This document shows positions 29,979 through 38,490 of a stretch of DNA of 64,000 nucleotides, one piece after another. The stretch is from Pseudonocardiaceae bacterium (GTDB taxonomy: Bacteria; Actinomycetota; Actinomycetes; Mycobacteriales; Pseudonocardiaceae). Both the position numbers and the translations under genes were made by a program. The stretch covers positions 11,945-75,944 of the forward strand of contig DASQWR010000240.1 in assembly GCA_035640155.1 (NCBI GenBank). Direction: 5' to 3'. Position 1 is the stretch's first letter, and every line of letters begins with the position of its first letter. Under the pieces are notes generated by a model. The model had not been told where the DNA came from, did not search any database, and worked only from the letters and a program-made list of their open reading frames with translations.

Positions 29979-31706
29979 GTGTCCCGCCCCGCCGAGACCG
30001 CCGCCTTGCCCACCCGGATGCCCGCGACCCCGGCGCAGCGACCGCTGCGTCGCTGGCAGCGTCGCGCGCTGGCCCGTTACCTGGCCGCCGCCCCGCAGGA
30101 CTTCCTCGCGGTCGCGACCCCGGGGGCCGGCAAGACCGCTTTCGCGCTGCGGGTGGCTGCCGAGCTGCTGGCCGACCTCACCGTGACCGCGATCACCGTT
30201 CTCACCCCCACCGAGCACCTCAAGCACCAGTGGGCGGCTGCCGCCGCCGAGGTCGGAATCGCGCTGGACCCGGACTTTCGCAACACCGCGGGGGCCACCT
30301 CGGCGGACTACTCCGGCGTCGCGGTGACCTACGCGCAGGTGGCGGCGCACCCGGTGCTGCACCGCGCGCGCACCGAGAGTCGCCGCACCCTGGTCATCCT
30401 CGACGAGATCCACCACACCGGCGACGCGCGGTCCTGGGGCGAGGCCGCCAGGGAGGCGTTCACCCCCGCCGTGCGCCGGCTGGCGCTGACCGGGACGCCA
30501 TTTCGCAGCGACGACACGCCCATCCCGTTCGTGACCTACGAGCCGGGGCCCGACGGCCTGCCGCGCTCCGCGGCCGACCACTCCTACGACTACGCCGACG
30601 CGCTCGCCGACGGGGTGGTGCGCCCCGTGGTCTTCCTCGCCTACTCCGGTGAGGCCCGGTGGCGCACCAGCGCAGGAGAGGAGTTCTGCGCCCGGCTCGG
30701 TGAGCCGCTCACCGCCGAGCACACCAGCCGGGCCTGGCGCACCGCCCTGGATCCCCGCGGGGAGTGGGTTCCCGCGGTGCTGGCCGCCGCGGACACCCGG
30801 CTCACGCAGGTGCGGGCCGGCGCCATTCCCGACGCGGCCGGGCTGGTCATCGCGACTGACCAGCGCACGGCCCGCGCCTACGCCGCGCTGCTGCACCGGG
30901 TGACCGGCCGCGAGCCGGTGCTGGTGCTCTCCGACGAGCCCGGCGCCTCCGGTCGGATCGCGGAGTTCGCCGAGTCTGACGAGCGCTGGATGGTCGCGGT
31001 GCGGATGGTCTCCGAGGGCGTGGACGTGCCCCGGCTCGCGGTCGGCGTCTACGCCACCGCGGCGTCCACCCCGCTGTTCTTCGCCCAGGCCGTGGGCCGG
31101 TTCGTCCGCGCCCGGTGCCCTGGGGAGACGGCCACGGTGTTCCTGCCCAGCGTCCCGGTGTTGCTGGAGCTCGCCAGCCAGCTCGAGGTGCAGCGCGACC
31201 ATGTGCTCGGCCGGCCGCACCGGGAGCAGGAGGGCTGGGACGAAGCGCTGCTCGCGCAAGCGAACGCCCAGCGCGACGAGCCGGGAGAGCAGGACCGGGC
31301 GTTCACCTCGCTGGGCGCCGACGCCGAGCTGGACCAGGTGATCTACGACGGTTCCTCGTTCGGCACCGCGGCGTTCGCCGCCTCCGAGGACGAGCAGGAG
31401 TACCTCGGGCTGCCCGGTCTGCTGGAGCCGGAGCAGATGCGGGCACTGCTGCGCCGCCGCCAATCCGCACAGCTCGACGCGGTCGCCGAGCGGGCACTGA
31501 CGCCGTCGCGGGCCTCGACCGTGCGGGAGCGCCTGACCGCGCTGCGCAAGGAGCTCAACACCCTGGTCGCGATGGCTCACCACCGAACCGGAAAGGCACA
31601 CGGCGCGATCCACCACGAGATCCGCACGGCGTGCGGTGGGCCCCCGACCGCGATGGCGACCGCGGAACAGCTCGAGGACCGGATCGCCCACCTCCGCCGT
31701 TCATGA
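29979..31706 (+). CDS. Superfamily-2 DEAD/DEAH-box (ResIII-type) helicase
   Basis: Motif I TPGAGKT, motif II ILDEIHH, LALTGTPFRSDD, helicase-C region VRMVSEGVDVPRL. GTG start with AAGGAG. Confidence 0.85.
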   Translation: MSRPAETAALPTRMPATPAQRPLRRWQRRALARYLAAAPQDFLAVATPGAGKTAFALRVAAELLADLTVTAITVLTPTEHLKHQWAAAAAEVGIALDPDFRNTAGATSADYSGVAVTYAQVAAHPVLHRARTESRRTLVILDEIHHTGDARSWGEAAREAFTPAVRRLALTGTPFRSDDTPIPFVTYEPGPDGLPRSAADHSYDYADALADGVVRPVVFLAYSGEARWRTSAGEEFCARLGEPLTAEHTSRAWRTALDPRGEWVPAVLAAADTRLTQVRAGAIPDAAGLVIATDQRTARAYAALLHRVTGREPVLVLSDEPGASGRIAEFAESDERWMVAVRMVSEGVDVPRLAVGVYATAASTPLFFAQAVGRFVRARCPGETATVFLPSVPVLLELASQLEVQRDHVLGRPHREQEGWDEALLAQANAQRDEPGEQDRAFTSLGADAELDQVIYDGSSFGTAAFAASEDEQEYLGLPGLLEPEQMRALLRRRQSAQLDAVAERALTPSRASTVRERLTALRKELNTLVAMAHHRTGKAHGAIHHEIRTACGGPPTAMATAEQLEDRIAHLRRS

Positions 31707-31714
31707 GCCAACGG

Positions 31715-31925
31715 TCACGGCTCCAACGAGCGTCCGATGTCCTTGACGGGCAGCAGCAGGTGCAGCGGATCCGTCGGGGACTCCAGGAACTCGGCCTGCG
31801 CCAGGTAGAACCGCCGCGCCGAGTCGTCCCGTGAATGCACCAGCAGCGCGCGGATGCCCACGGAGTCGGCGAGGCCCACAGTTCGTCTCAGCGCGACTAA
31901 CCTGATACCCCGACGAGGACCGGAG
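31715..31925 (-). pseudogene. 3' remnant of a GNAT-family toxin (TacT/KacT-like acetyltransferase)
   Basis: Own translation ...LRRTVGLADSVGIRALLVHSRDDSARRFYLAQAEFLESPTDPLHLLLPVKDIGRSLEP*. Only about the last 60-70 of about 165 residues are present. No antitoxin gene. Confidence 0.5.
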
Positions 31926-31931
31926 GGCGTG

Positions 31932-33290
31932 ATGGCCGACGCAGCCGCACTGGGTAAGGACCTCGCCGCGGCCGGGGTGTCCGGAGTGCTCGTCACCTGG
32001 TCCGACAACAACGGCATCCCGCGCGCCCGGATCGTCCCGGTGGCGGCGCTGTCCGATGCCGCGGAGCGGGGCGTGGGTATCACCACGCTGTTCGCGGTCT
32101 TCGACACCCACGACGCCATCACCTTCGCCCACCCGGACCTGTCCACTCCCTCTGGCGACGTCCGGCTGATCCCGGTGCTCGAGCGGGTCACCCGGCTGGC
32201 CGGGCAGCCGGCGCTCGCCTGGGCGCCCGGGCGGCAGGTCGCGGCGGACGGCTCGTCCTGGCCGTATGACCAGCGCGGTGTGCTCGAAGCCCAGGTGGAG
32301 CGCGCCGCCGAGCTCGGTTTCGAGCTGCGAGCCGGCTACGAGATGGAGTTCGTGCTCGGCAACGAGGATGCGGGTCCGGCCGGGAGCGTGGATCCCGCAC
32401 ATCCCGGCCCCGCCTACAGCCCCCATGCGCTGCTGGCCGTCGACGAGTTCGTCGGGGCACTGCTGGCCGACCTGGCCGCGAACGGCGTGCCGGTCAACCA
32501 GCTGCACGCCGAGTTCGGGGTGGCGCAGGTCGAGGTGAGCATCGCCGCCAGCGACCCGGTCACCGCCGCTGACCGGCAGCTGCTGGCTCGCCAGACGATC
32601 CTCGCAGCTGCCCGGGCCCACGGGCTGCGGGCGAGTTTCGCGCCACTGATCACCGTGGAGGGGGTGGGCAACGGCTGGCACCTGCACACCTCGATCTGGC
32701 GGGACGGGGAGAACCTGCTCGCGGGGGACGCGACCAGCGGGCCGACCGGTGAGGGCGCCGGCTATCTCGCCGGATTGCTGCGGGACCTGCCCGCTCTCGC
32801 CGCGATCACCGCACCCAGCGTTCCGTCGCTGGCCCGGCTGCGGCCCGGGTACTTCGCGGGCGCCTACCAGTTCTGGGGGGTGGAGAACCGGGAGGCGGCG
32901 CTGCGCTACGTGCCCGGCTCGCAGCTGCTGGGCGCGGACCACGCCAACGTCGAGCTCAAGGTCTCCGACGCGTCCGCGAACCCCTACCTCGCGCTGTCCG
33001 TGGTTCTCGCGGCCGGGGTTGCCGGCCTGCAGGACAAGGCCGAGCTGCCGGAGCCGATCCAGAGCGACCCGGGCACCTGGAGCGAGGAGGAACGCTCCCG
33101 GCACGGACTGGTGCGGCTGCCCAACAGTCCGCAGCAGCGGGAGGAGGCACTGCTGGGAAACGAGCGTCTCCGCGCGGTGCTCGGGGACGAGCTGCTCGGC
33201 GCGTTCCTCGCCGTCCGGCGCTCGGATGCGGCGTGGGCGGCCGAGCGCAGTGCGGAGGAGGTCGTCGTCGCACACCTGTGGCGGTACTGA
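31932..33290 (+). CDS. Glutamine synthetase-family (gamma-glutamyl:amine ligase, GlnA3/GlnA4-like) protein
   Basis: GS catalytic-domain motifs (GYEMEF, HAEFGVAQVE, GNGWHLHTS, NPYLA). ATG 31932 preceded by GGAGGG. Confidence 0.88.
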   Translation: MADAAALGKDLAAAGVSGVLVTWSDNNGIPRARIVPVAALSDAAERGVGITTLFAVFDTHDAITFAHPDLSTPSGDVRLIPVLERVTRLAGQPALAWAPGRQVAADGSSWPYDQRGVLEAQVERAAELGFELRAGYEMEFVLGNEDAGPAGSVDPAHPGPAYSPHALLAVDEFVGALLADLAANGVPVNQLHAEFGVAQVEVSIAASDPVTAADRQLLARQTILAAARAHGLRASFAPLITVEGVGNGWHLHTSIWRDGENLLAGDATSGPTGEGAGYLAGLLRDLPALAAITAPSVPSLARLRPGYFAGAYQFWGVENREAALRYVPGSQLLGADHANVELKVSDASANPYLALSVVLAAGVAGLQDKAELPEPIQSDPGTWSEEERSRHGLVRLPNSPQQREEALLGNERLRAVLGDELLGAFLAVRRSDAAWAAERSAEEVVVAHLWRY

Positions 33291-33325
33291 CCGACGGTGA
33301 CGGCGCGGGCGCCAGTGACAGCGTG

Positions 33326-34201
33326 ATGGCCTGGCCCGATCTCGTGGGACGGGTCGTTCCGCTGCCCGGAGCCCGCATCCTGCTCAGCGTCCGCCAGGCG
33401 GAGCTCCCGCAGCAGGACGAGCTGTGCGGTCCGTTCTGCGCGTTGCTGGCACTGCGGACGGCAGGGGTGCGGCCGGTGCCGGACACCGCGCCGCTGGACC
33501 AGGAGGTGGTGGCGGCAGCGGCCGGGACGGTGCTCTCGGCGCCACCCCGCCCGGACTCGCTGCCCCCGGGAGAGCCTGGCCTGGGAGTCCGCCGTCCGCT
33601 CCCGCAGGCGGCGGACGCCGCGGACGCCGGGACCTCTGCACCGGGACTGGCCCGGGCCGTGGGCCGGTTGTCCGGTGGCCGGCTCGCTGCGGTGCCCGCA
33701 TCCGGACCGTGGACACCGGGTCGGCTGCGCAGCCTGCTCGACCTGGTGACACGCCGCCTCGCGGACACCGCTGTCACGGTGCTCGCGAACATCGCCACCG
33801 GTGAGCTGTGGGACCCCCGCGCCGGCACCGCCGAGCTGGCCCGCCATCTCGACACCGGAGCGGACGCGTTCGGGCCTCCCATGCGCTGGCGGGTGGGGCA
33901 CTTCGCGACGCTCGCGGGGATGCTCACCGGCCCGGCCGGCTCGCTGGTGCTCGTCGCGGACAGCTACCGCTCGCTGGGCCGGGACGGGCTGCACCTGCAG
34001 CCGGTGTCCCGCTTGGCCGCCGCGCTGAACCGGGACGGTCTGGCGCCTGGCGGTGTGCTGCTGGTGGTCCCGGCCACCCGGCGGCTCGACGCCGCGGACA
34101 TCGTGACCACCGCCGGGCTGCGCACCGCACTGTGGGACAACGGCAGCCCGGACGCTGCGGCCGACTCGGGCCAGCCTCCCGAGCAGGTCACCACCGCATA
34201 G
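33326..34201 (+). CDS. Hypothetical papain-fold protein with a phytochelatin-synthase-like Cys/His/Asp arrangement
   Basis: QQDELCGPFCALLAL resembles the PCS motif Q.E..YCGL.SL..VL. VGHFATLAG-x13-VADSY resembles GHFSPIGG-x-LILDV (His to Asp is 20 residues here vs 18 in PCS). Start 33326 (ATG) or 33278 (GTG). Confidence 0.55.
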   Translation: MAWPDLVGRVVPLPGARILLSVRQAELPQQDELCGPFCALLALRTAGVRPVPDTAPLDQEVVAAAAGTVLSAPPRPDSLPPGEPGLGVRRPLPQAADAADAGTSAPGLARAVGRLSGGRLAAVPASGPWTPGRLRSLLDLVTRRLADTAVTVLANIATGELWDPRAGTAELARHLDTGADAFGPPMRWRVGHFATLAGMLTGPAGSLVLVADSYRSLGRDGLHLQPVSRLAAALNRDGLAPGGVLLVVPATRRLDAADIVTTAGLRTALWDNGSPDAAADSGQPPEQVTTA

Positions 34202-34268
34202 GGGCCGCTGGAGATGCCCTCCGAGATCACCTCGCCGTCGCGGAGGATCCGGTACTAGCGTCACGACG

Positions 34269-35480
34269 GTGAGCTACGACGTGGTGCCGGTGCGGGCGCA
34301 GTACCCGGCCCTCGGGGACGGGCGAGCCTGGCTGGACGGGGCGGCGGGCACCCAGGTGCCCCAGGTGGTGATCGACGCGGTCTCCGACACCTACCGGACG
34401 GGGGTGTCCAACCAGGGTGCCCCCTTCGAGGCCAGCGCCCGAGCCTCCGGCCTCGTCGCCGAGGCCCGGCAGGCCGTGGCCGACCTCGTCGGCGTGTCCG
34501 AGCCGCGCGGGGTGGTGCTGGGTCCGACCATGACCGCGCTCACCTACCGGTTCGCGGCCGCGCTGGCCCCCTCCTGGCGTCCGGGCGACGAGATCGTGCT
34601 CACCCAGCTCGACCACGACGCGAACGTCCGGCCCTGGGTGCAGGCCGCCGAGCGGGCCGGTGCGACGGTGCGGGTGGCCCGGGTGGACTCGACCACCGGT
34701 CAGCTACCCGCGGCCGAAGTCGTCGACCTCATCGGCCCCCGTACCCGCCTGGTGGCGCTCACCGCCGCGTCCAACCTCATCGGTACCCGGCCGGACGTCG
34801 CCACGGTGTGTTCCGCGGCCCGAGCGGCGGGTGCGGTGAGCTACGTCGACGGGGCGCACCATTGCCCACACACCCACGTGGACCTCGCCGCGCTGGGTCC
34901 CGACCTCTACGCCACCAGCGCCTACAAGTGGACCGGCCCGCACCTCGCCGCGGTGGTGGCCGCGGACCCCGCGGTGCTGGAAGGTCTGCACCCCGACACG
35001 CTGCTGCCTTCGCCGGGCACTGTGCCGGAGCGGTTCGAGCTCGGCACCAACCCGTTCGCCGCACTGGCCGGGCTGGTGGCGGCGGTCGACCACCTCGCCG
35101 GACTCGACCCGGCGGCCACCGGCACCCGTCGGCGGCGGTTGGGCGTGTCGCGGACCGCGGCCGGCACGCACCAGGATCGGCTCGGGCAACGGATGCTCGA
35201 CGGCCTGCTGGGTATGCCGGGGGTGGCCGTGTTCGGTCCCCTGGCAGAGCGCACCCCCACCGCCTACTTCCGTCTCGAGGGCCTTGCCCCCGCCGACGTG
35301 GCGACCGAGCTCGCGGCTCGCGGGATCAACTGCTGGAGCGGGTACGCCTACGCCTGGGAGCTCGCCGGGGTGCTCGGGCTGCGCGACACCGGCGGCGGGG
35401 TCCGGGCGAGCGTGAGTCACTACAGCGACGATGGCGACGTGGACCGGCTGCTCGCGGCCGTCGCCGAGCTGGCCGGCTGA
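34269..35480 (+). CDS. Class V PLP-dependent cysteine desulfurase-like protein (VC1184-type subfamily)
   Basis: N-terminus VRAQYPAL...[18 protein letters not shown]-Lys region TSAYKWTGPH. GTG start. Confidence 0.85.
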   Translation: MSYDVVPVRAQYPALGDGRAWLDGAAGTQVPQVVIDAVSDTYRTGVSNQGAPFEASARASGLVAEARQAVADLVGVSEPRGVVLGPTMTALTYRFAAALAPSWRPGDEIVLTQLDHDANVRPWVQAAERAGATVRVARVDSTTGQLPAAEVVDLIGPRTRLVALTAASNLIGTRPDVATVCSAARAAGAVSYVDGAHHCPHTHVDLAALGPDLYATSAYKWTGPHLAAVVAADPAVLEGLHPDTLLPSPGTVPERFELGTNPFAALAGLVAAVDHLAGLDPAATGTRRRRLGVSRTAAGTHQDRLGQRMLDGLLGMPGVAVFGPLAERTPTAYFRLEGLAPADVATELAARGINCWSGYAYAWELAGVLGLRDTGGGVRASVSHYSDDGDVDRLLAAVAELAG

Positions 35481-35508
35481 CCGGGCACAGCGGCTGACCC
35501 CACACAGC

Positions 35509-35540
35509 GGCCGGGGCAGGACCTGGTGGGCCCGCCCCGG
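35509..35540. terminator. Hairpin (8-bp GC stem) between convergent genes
   Basis: GCCGGGGC-N16-GCCCCGGC. Confidence 0.35.
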
Positions 35541-35575
35541 CCGGAGTCGGTGATCGTAGGGAGGTGATCGGAGGG

Positions 35576-35761
35576 TCAGATCTCCCCGGCCTGGATGTCC
35601 GCCGAGATCTCCTTCAGCTTCGGCTCGTGCTCGCGGCCGTGGTGACCGCAGAAGAGCAGCTCACCACCGGAGGGCAGCACGGCCCGGACGCGGGCAGCTG
35701 CCCCGCACCGGTCGCAGCGGTCGGATGCGGTCAGCTCGGGGCGAGTGAGCGTGCTGGTCAT
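35576..35761 (-). CDS. Small conserved zinc-ribbon protein (61 aa)
   Basis: CDRC...CGHH motif. ATG 35761 inside track ORF 35576..36271. Confidence 0.7.
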   Translation of the reverse strand: MTSTLTRPELTASDRCDRCGAAARVRAVLPSGGELLFCGHHGREHEPKLKEISADIQAGEI

Positions 35762-36023
35762 GGCGACTCCCTCCGTCCTGGTCCGGTCGTGCGACCGCAC
35801 CGTCGAACCGGCTGCGACCACCGCGGCTGCGGTGCTCACAGCGGCCGTGACCCGGCCAGGCCGGGTGGTAATCCCTCGACCCAGCGAGCAGGTCATGGGA
35901 TCCACTTTTACAGACGTACCGCCTCCCCGCCTGTGTTCCCGCCGAAATTTGCTGCCCGTCACGTCTTCGTAGCGCAACCGCAACCTTGTCCGAGCCGCAC
36001 CCGGACGGGGCATCATCGAGGCG

Positions 36024-36923
36024 ATGAACACGCTGCGCACCCGTCTACCGGCGCTCGGTGTCCCCGCGCCGGCGCTGTTCGTGCTCGGTGGCAGCTCGAT
36101 GTACCTCGGTGCCGCGGTCGCCGTCCTGCTGTTCGACCAGCTGAGCCCGTCCGCCGTGGCGTGGCTGCGGATGCTAGGCGCCGCGCTGGTGCTGCTGGCC
36201 TGGCGCCGGCCTCGGCGGCGCGCCTGGCGCGGCCGGCGACTGCTGCTGACAGGCTGCTTCGGCGCGGTCACGGCGCTGATGAACGTCGCCTTCTACGAGG
36301 CGATTGCCCGCCTGCCGTTGGGCACGGCGGGGGCGATCGAGTTCTGCGGGCCGGTGGCGGTGGCGGCGTTCGGATCGCGCACCGCGCGCGACGTCGTGGC
36401 GCTGGTGCTGGCCGGTGCCGGGGTCGTGCTGATCGCCGATGTCCAGCTCGCCGGCAGCCCCATCGGGTTCGTCCTCGCGCTGGTCGCCGCCGCGTTCTGG
36501 GCGGCCTACATCGTGCTCGGCACGCGGGTCGCGACGGGGGGCAACGGCCTGGACGACATGACCGTCGGGTTCGTGGTAGCGGCGGTGCTGCTCAGCCCGC
36601 TCGCCGTGGGGGCCGGCCCGGTCTGGGAATCGCCGACGTTGCTGCTGCTCGGGATGGGTGTCGGGCTGCTGTCCACGGCTGTGCCGTACGCGCTGGACCA
36701 GGTGGTGCTCCGCCGCGTCGGGCAGGCCCGGTTCGCGCTGCTGCTGGCGTTGCTGCCGGCCACCGCCTCGGTGGTGGGGTTGCTCGTGCTCGGCCAGACG
36801 CCCCGCCCGCTGGAGGCGCTGGGCATCCTGGCGGTCATCGCCGCGGTGGCGGTGGGGCGTCGGACAACGAGCTCGGCACGGGCTATGATGTCACGCCGCT
36901 TCAGATACCCGCGTGCCTACTGA
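36024..36923 (+). CDS. EamA/DMT-superfamily transporter (RhtA-like)
   Basis: Ten predicted TM helices, two EamA repeats. Confidence 0.85.
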   Translation: MNTLRTRLPALGVPAPALFVLGGSSMYLGAAVAVLLFDQLSPSAVAWLRMLGAALVLLAWRRPRRRAWRGRRLLLTGCFGAVTALMNVAFYEAIARLPLGTAGAIEFCGPVAVAAFGSRTARDVVALVLAGAGVVLIADVQLAGSPIGFVLALVAAAFWAAYIVLGTRVATGGNGLDDMTVGFVVAAVLLSPLAVGAGPVWESPTLLLLGMGVGLLSTAVPYALDQVVLRRVGQARFALLLALLPATASVVGLLVLGQTPRPLEALGILAVIAAVAVGRRTTSSARAMMSRRFRYPRAY

Positions 36924-37001
36924 GATCGTTGCCGGTCACGCTGTGGACGGGCATCCGGGGCGGCTGCGGACGCGGTGGTTGGGCCACCGTGGACGAGACG
37001 G

Positions 37002-37469
37002 TCAGCTGAACGTCCAGCGTGTGGGGGAGCCAGTGAAGTCGGCCTCCCGCAGCGCGATCACTACCCGCGGTGGCACCCGGACGGTGGAGTTGACGTTCGG
37101 GTTGAGGAAGTCGACGCCGAGGTCGGTGCCGTACTTGGCGTTCGACGCGTCGAGGAAGGCCGCGATCAGGCCGGGGTCGAGCACCACCTCGGCGATCCCC
37201 TGCAGCAGCACCGGCTGCTCGGCATCCTCGGTGGTCAGTGCGCAGCGCGGCTGGTGCGTGAGGTTGCGCATCTTGCGGGACTGCCCGCCACCAGAGAACC
37301 ACAGCGCACCGTCGAGCCAGGCACCCCACACCGGCATCGCGTGCGGCTGCCCGTCCGGGCTGACGGTGGCCAGCCAGTAGTTCCGCGAGCCGGTGAGCTG
37401 CTGCACGGCCCAGGACCACGGCAACAGGCCGCTGCCCTGCTCGGCCGGCAGCATCCCGTATCCTGGCAT
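37002..37469 (-). CDS. Pyridoxamine 5'-phosphate oxidase-family (possibly F420/FMN-binding) protein
   Basis: NYWLATVSPDGQPHAMPVWGAWLDGALWF split-barrel signature. ATG 37469 avoids the upstream gene. Confidence 0.8.
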   Translation of the reverse strand: MPGYGMLPAEQGSGLLPWSWAVQQLTGSRNYWLATVSPDGQPHAMPVWGAWLDGALWFSGGGQSRKMRNLTHQPRCALTTEDAEQPVLLQGIAEVVLDPGLIAAFLDASNAKYGTDLGVDFLNPNVNSTVRVPPRVVIALREADFTGSPTRWTFS

Positions 37470-37504
37470 CGACGGCCTGCTGGTGGAGCTGGGTTCCTGG
37501 CCGG

Positions 37505-38134
37505 TCACCAGTGCCGCCAGCGGTGGCCCGCGCTGATCGCGCGCACATGGCGGCGGGCATCGGCGAGGGAATCCCTGGATGCCTCCGTCGGCACCCGCCA
37601 CACGTCGATCCCACCCATGATCGACACTGCCTGGATCCGGATCACCGGCGCGCCCGGCCGGGCTGGTGCGCCACCGCCGTGCTGGTCGTTGCCGCCGAAC
37701 AGCGCGAACCCGTCGACCTGTACCTCGACGCCCTCGGGCAGGTAGATGTCCTGTCCGCCCATCACGGCGACCGCGTTGATGGTCAGCTCGCCGCCGTCGA
37801 GTTCGGCGTGCCGCAGGTCGAGCTCGTTGCCGCCCATCACCGTGATCGAGTTCAGCCGGCGATCAAGCCGGCTCCGGCCGGTGATGTCCGCGCCGCCGAA
37901 CAGCGAGACGAGCCAGCGACGGGGCACCGGCCGCGCGGGGGATGGGGTGTCCAGCGCGGGCAGGTCGGCGGTGACCCTGGCCAGCTCGGCGGCAGAGGTA
38001 GCCCGGTAGCTGTCCTGGGCGCGCTCGTCGAACTCGGCCAGTGTCAGATGTCCGGCACCGATGTGCTCGGTGAGCCGGGCAATGGCGGCGTCCCGCTGCT
38101 GGTCGGTGGGTGGAGGCTCGGGCAGGTCGCTCAC
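37505..38134 (-). CDS. DUF1707 plus LiaF-C-like domain protein
   Basis: N-terminal DQQRDAAIARLTEHIGAGHLTLAEFDERA (DUF1707). C-terminal repeated VMGG/LFGG beta units. Confidence 0.8.
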   Translation of the reverse strand: MSDLPEPPPTDQQRDAAIARLTEHIGAGHLTLAEFDERAQDSYRATSAAELARVTADLPALDTPSPARPVPRRWLVSLFGGADITGRSRLDRRLNSITVMGGNELDLRHAELDGGELTINAVAVMGGQDIYLPEGVEVQVDGFALFGGNDQHGGGAPARPGAPVIRIQAVSIMGGIDVWRVPTEASRDSLADARRHVRAISAGHRWRHW

Positions 38135-38207
38135 TCGGTCACGGTAGCGCGGCGAGGGGGTCGCCGAGCGCGGAAAACGTTCGACTAACCAACCCCACCC
38201 GTCCTGC

Positions 38208-38222
38208 TGCTACCATGTAGCA
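38208..38222. promoter_or_regulatory. Perfect inverted repeat TGCTAC-CAT-GTAGCA abutting the ancestral vapB ATG; TACCAT fits a leaderless -10
   Basis: 6-bp arms read directly. TAnnnT hexamer at 38211-38216, 7 nt before ATG 38224. Confidence 0.45.
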
Positions 38223-38223
38223 C

Positions 38224-38490
38224 ATGGACAGCATCGGTGTGCGGGAGCTGTGACAGTACGCCAGCCGCTACCTGGTGCGGGTGGCGGCTGGCGAGACGGT
38301 GCAGATCACAGATCGTGGCCGGCCTGTCGCCCGCCTGGTGCCACCCGCGATCGATAGTTGGGACGAGCTGATCGCTACCGGCAGGGTACTGGCGCCTGAG
38401 GAGCCCGGTGACCTGCTCGATGAGGCGCCGTTGGACCAGCAAGTACCTGCTTCGGCGTGGCTGACCAAGGCCCGCGAGCACGAGCGGTGA
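38224..38490 (+). pseudogene. Phd/YefM-type antitoxin (VapB-like) with an in-frame TGA at codon 10
   Basis: ATG GAC AGC ATC GGT GTG CGG GAG CTG TGA CAG TAC... = MDSIGVREL*QYASRYLVRVAAGETVQITDRGRPVARLVP. The track ORF restarts at GTG 38275. Confidence 0.65.

Noticed and set aside
29802-31691. Upper part of the 981-aa minus ORF 28746..31691
   Set aside because: Only the last 351 codons (YihY family) are real. The rest is antisense to the SF2 helicase, whose motifs I-VI read on the + strand.
31701-33275. 524-aa minus ORF opposite the GS-like gene
   Set aside because: It is the shadow of the + strand glutamine-synthetase-family gene. Only its extreme 3' neighbourhood, in a different frame (31715-31925), carries the real GNAT fragment.
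35762-36023. 260-bp divergent intergenic region before the EamA transporter, considered as a riboswitch or sRNA
   Set aside because: I could not recognise any known riboswitch core. It has only a short CCCGGCC-A-GGCCGGG palindrome and an AT-richer patch consistent with promoters. It needs covariance-model scanning (Rfam/Infernal), which I cannot run.
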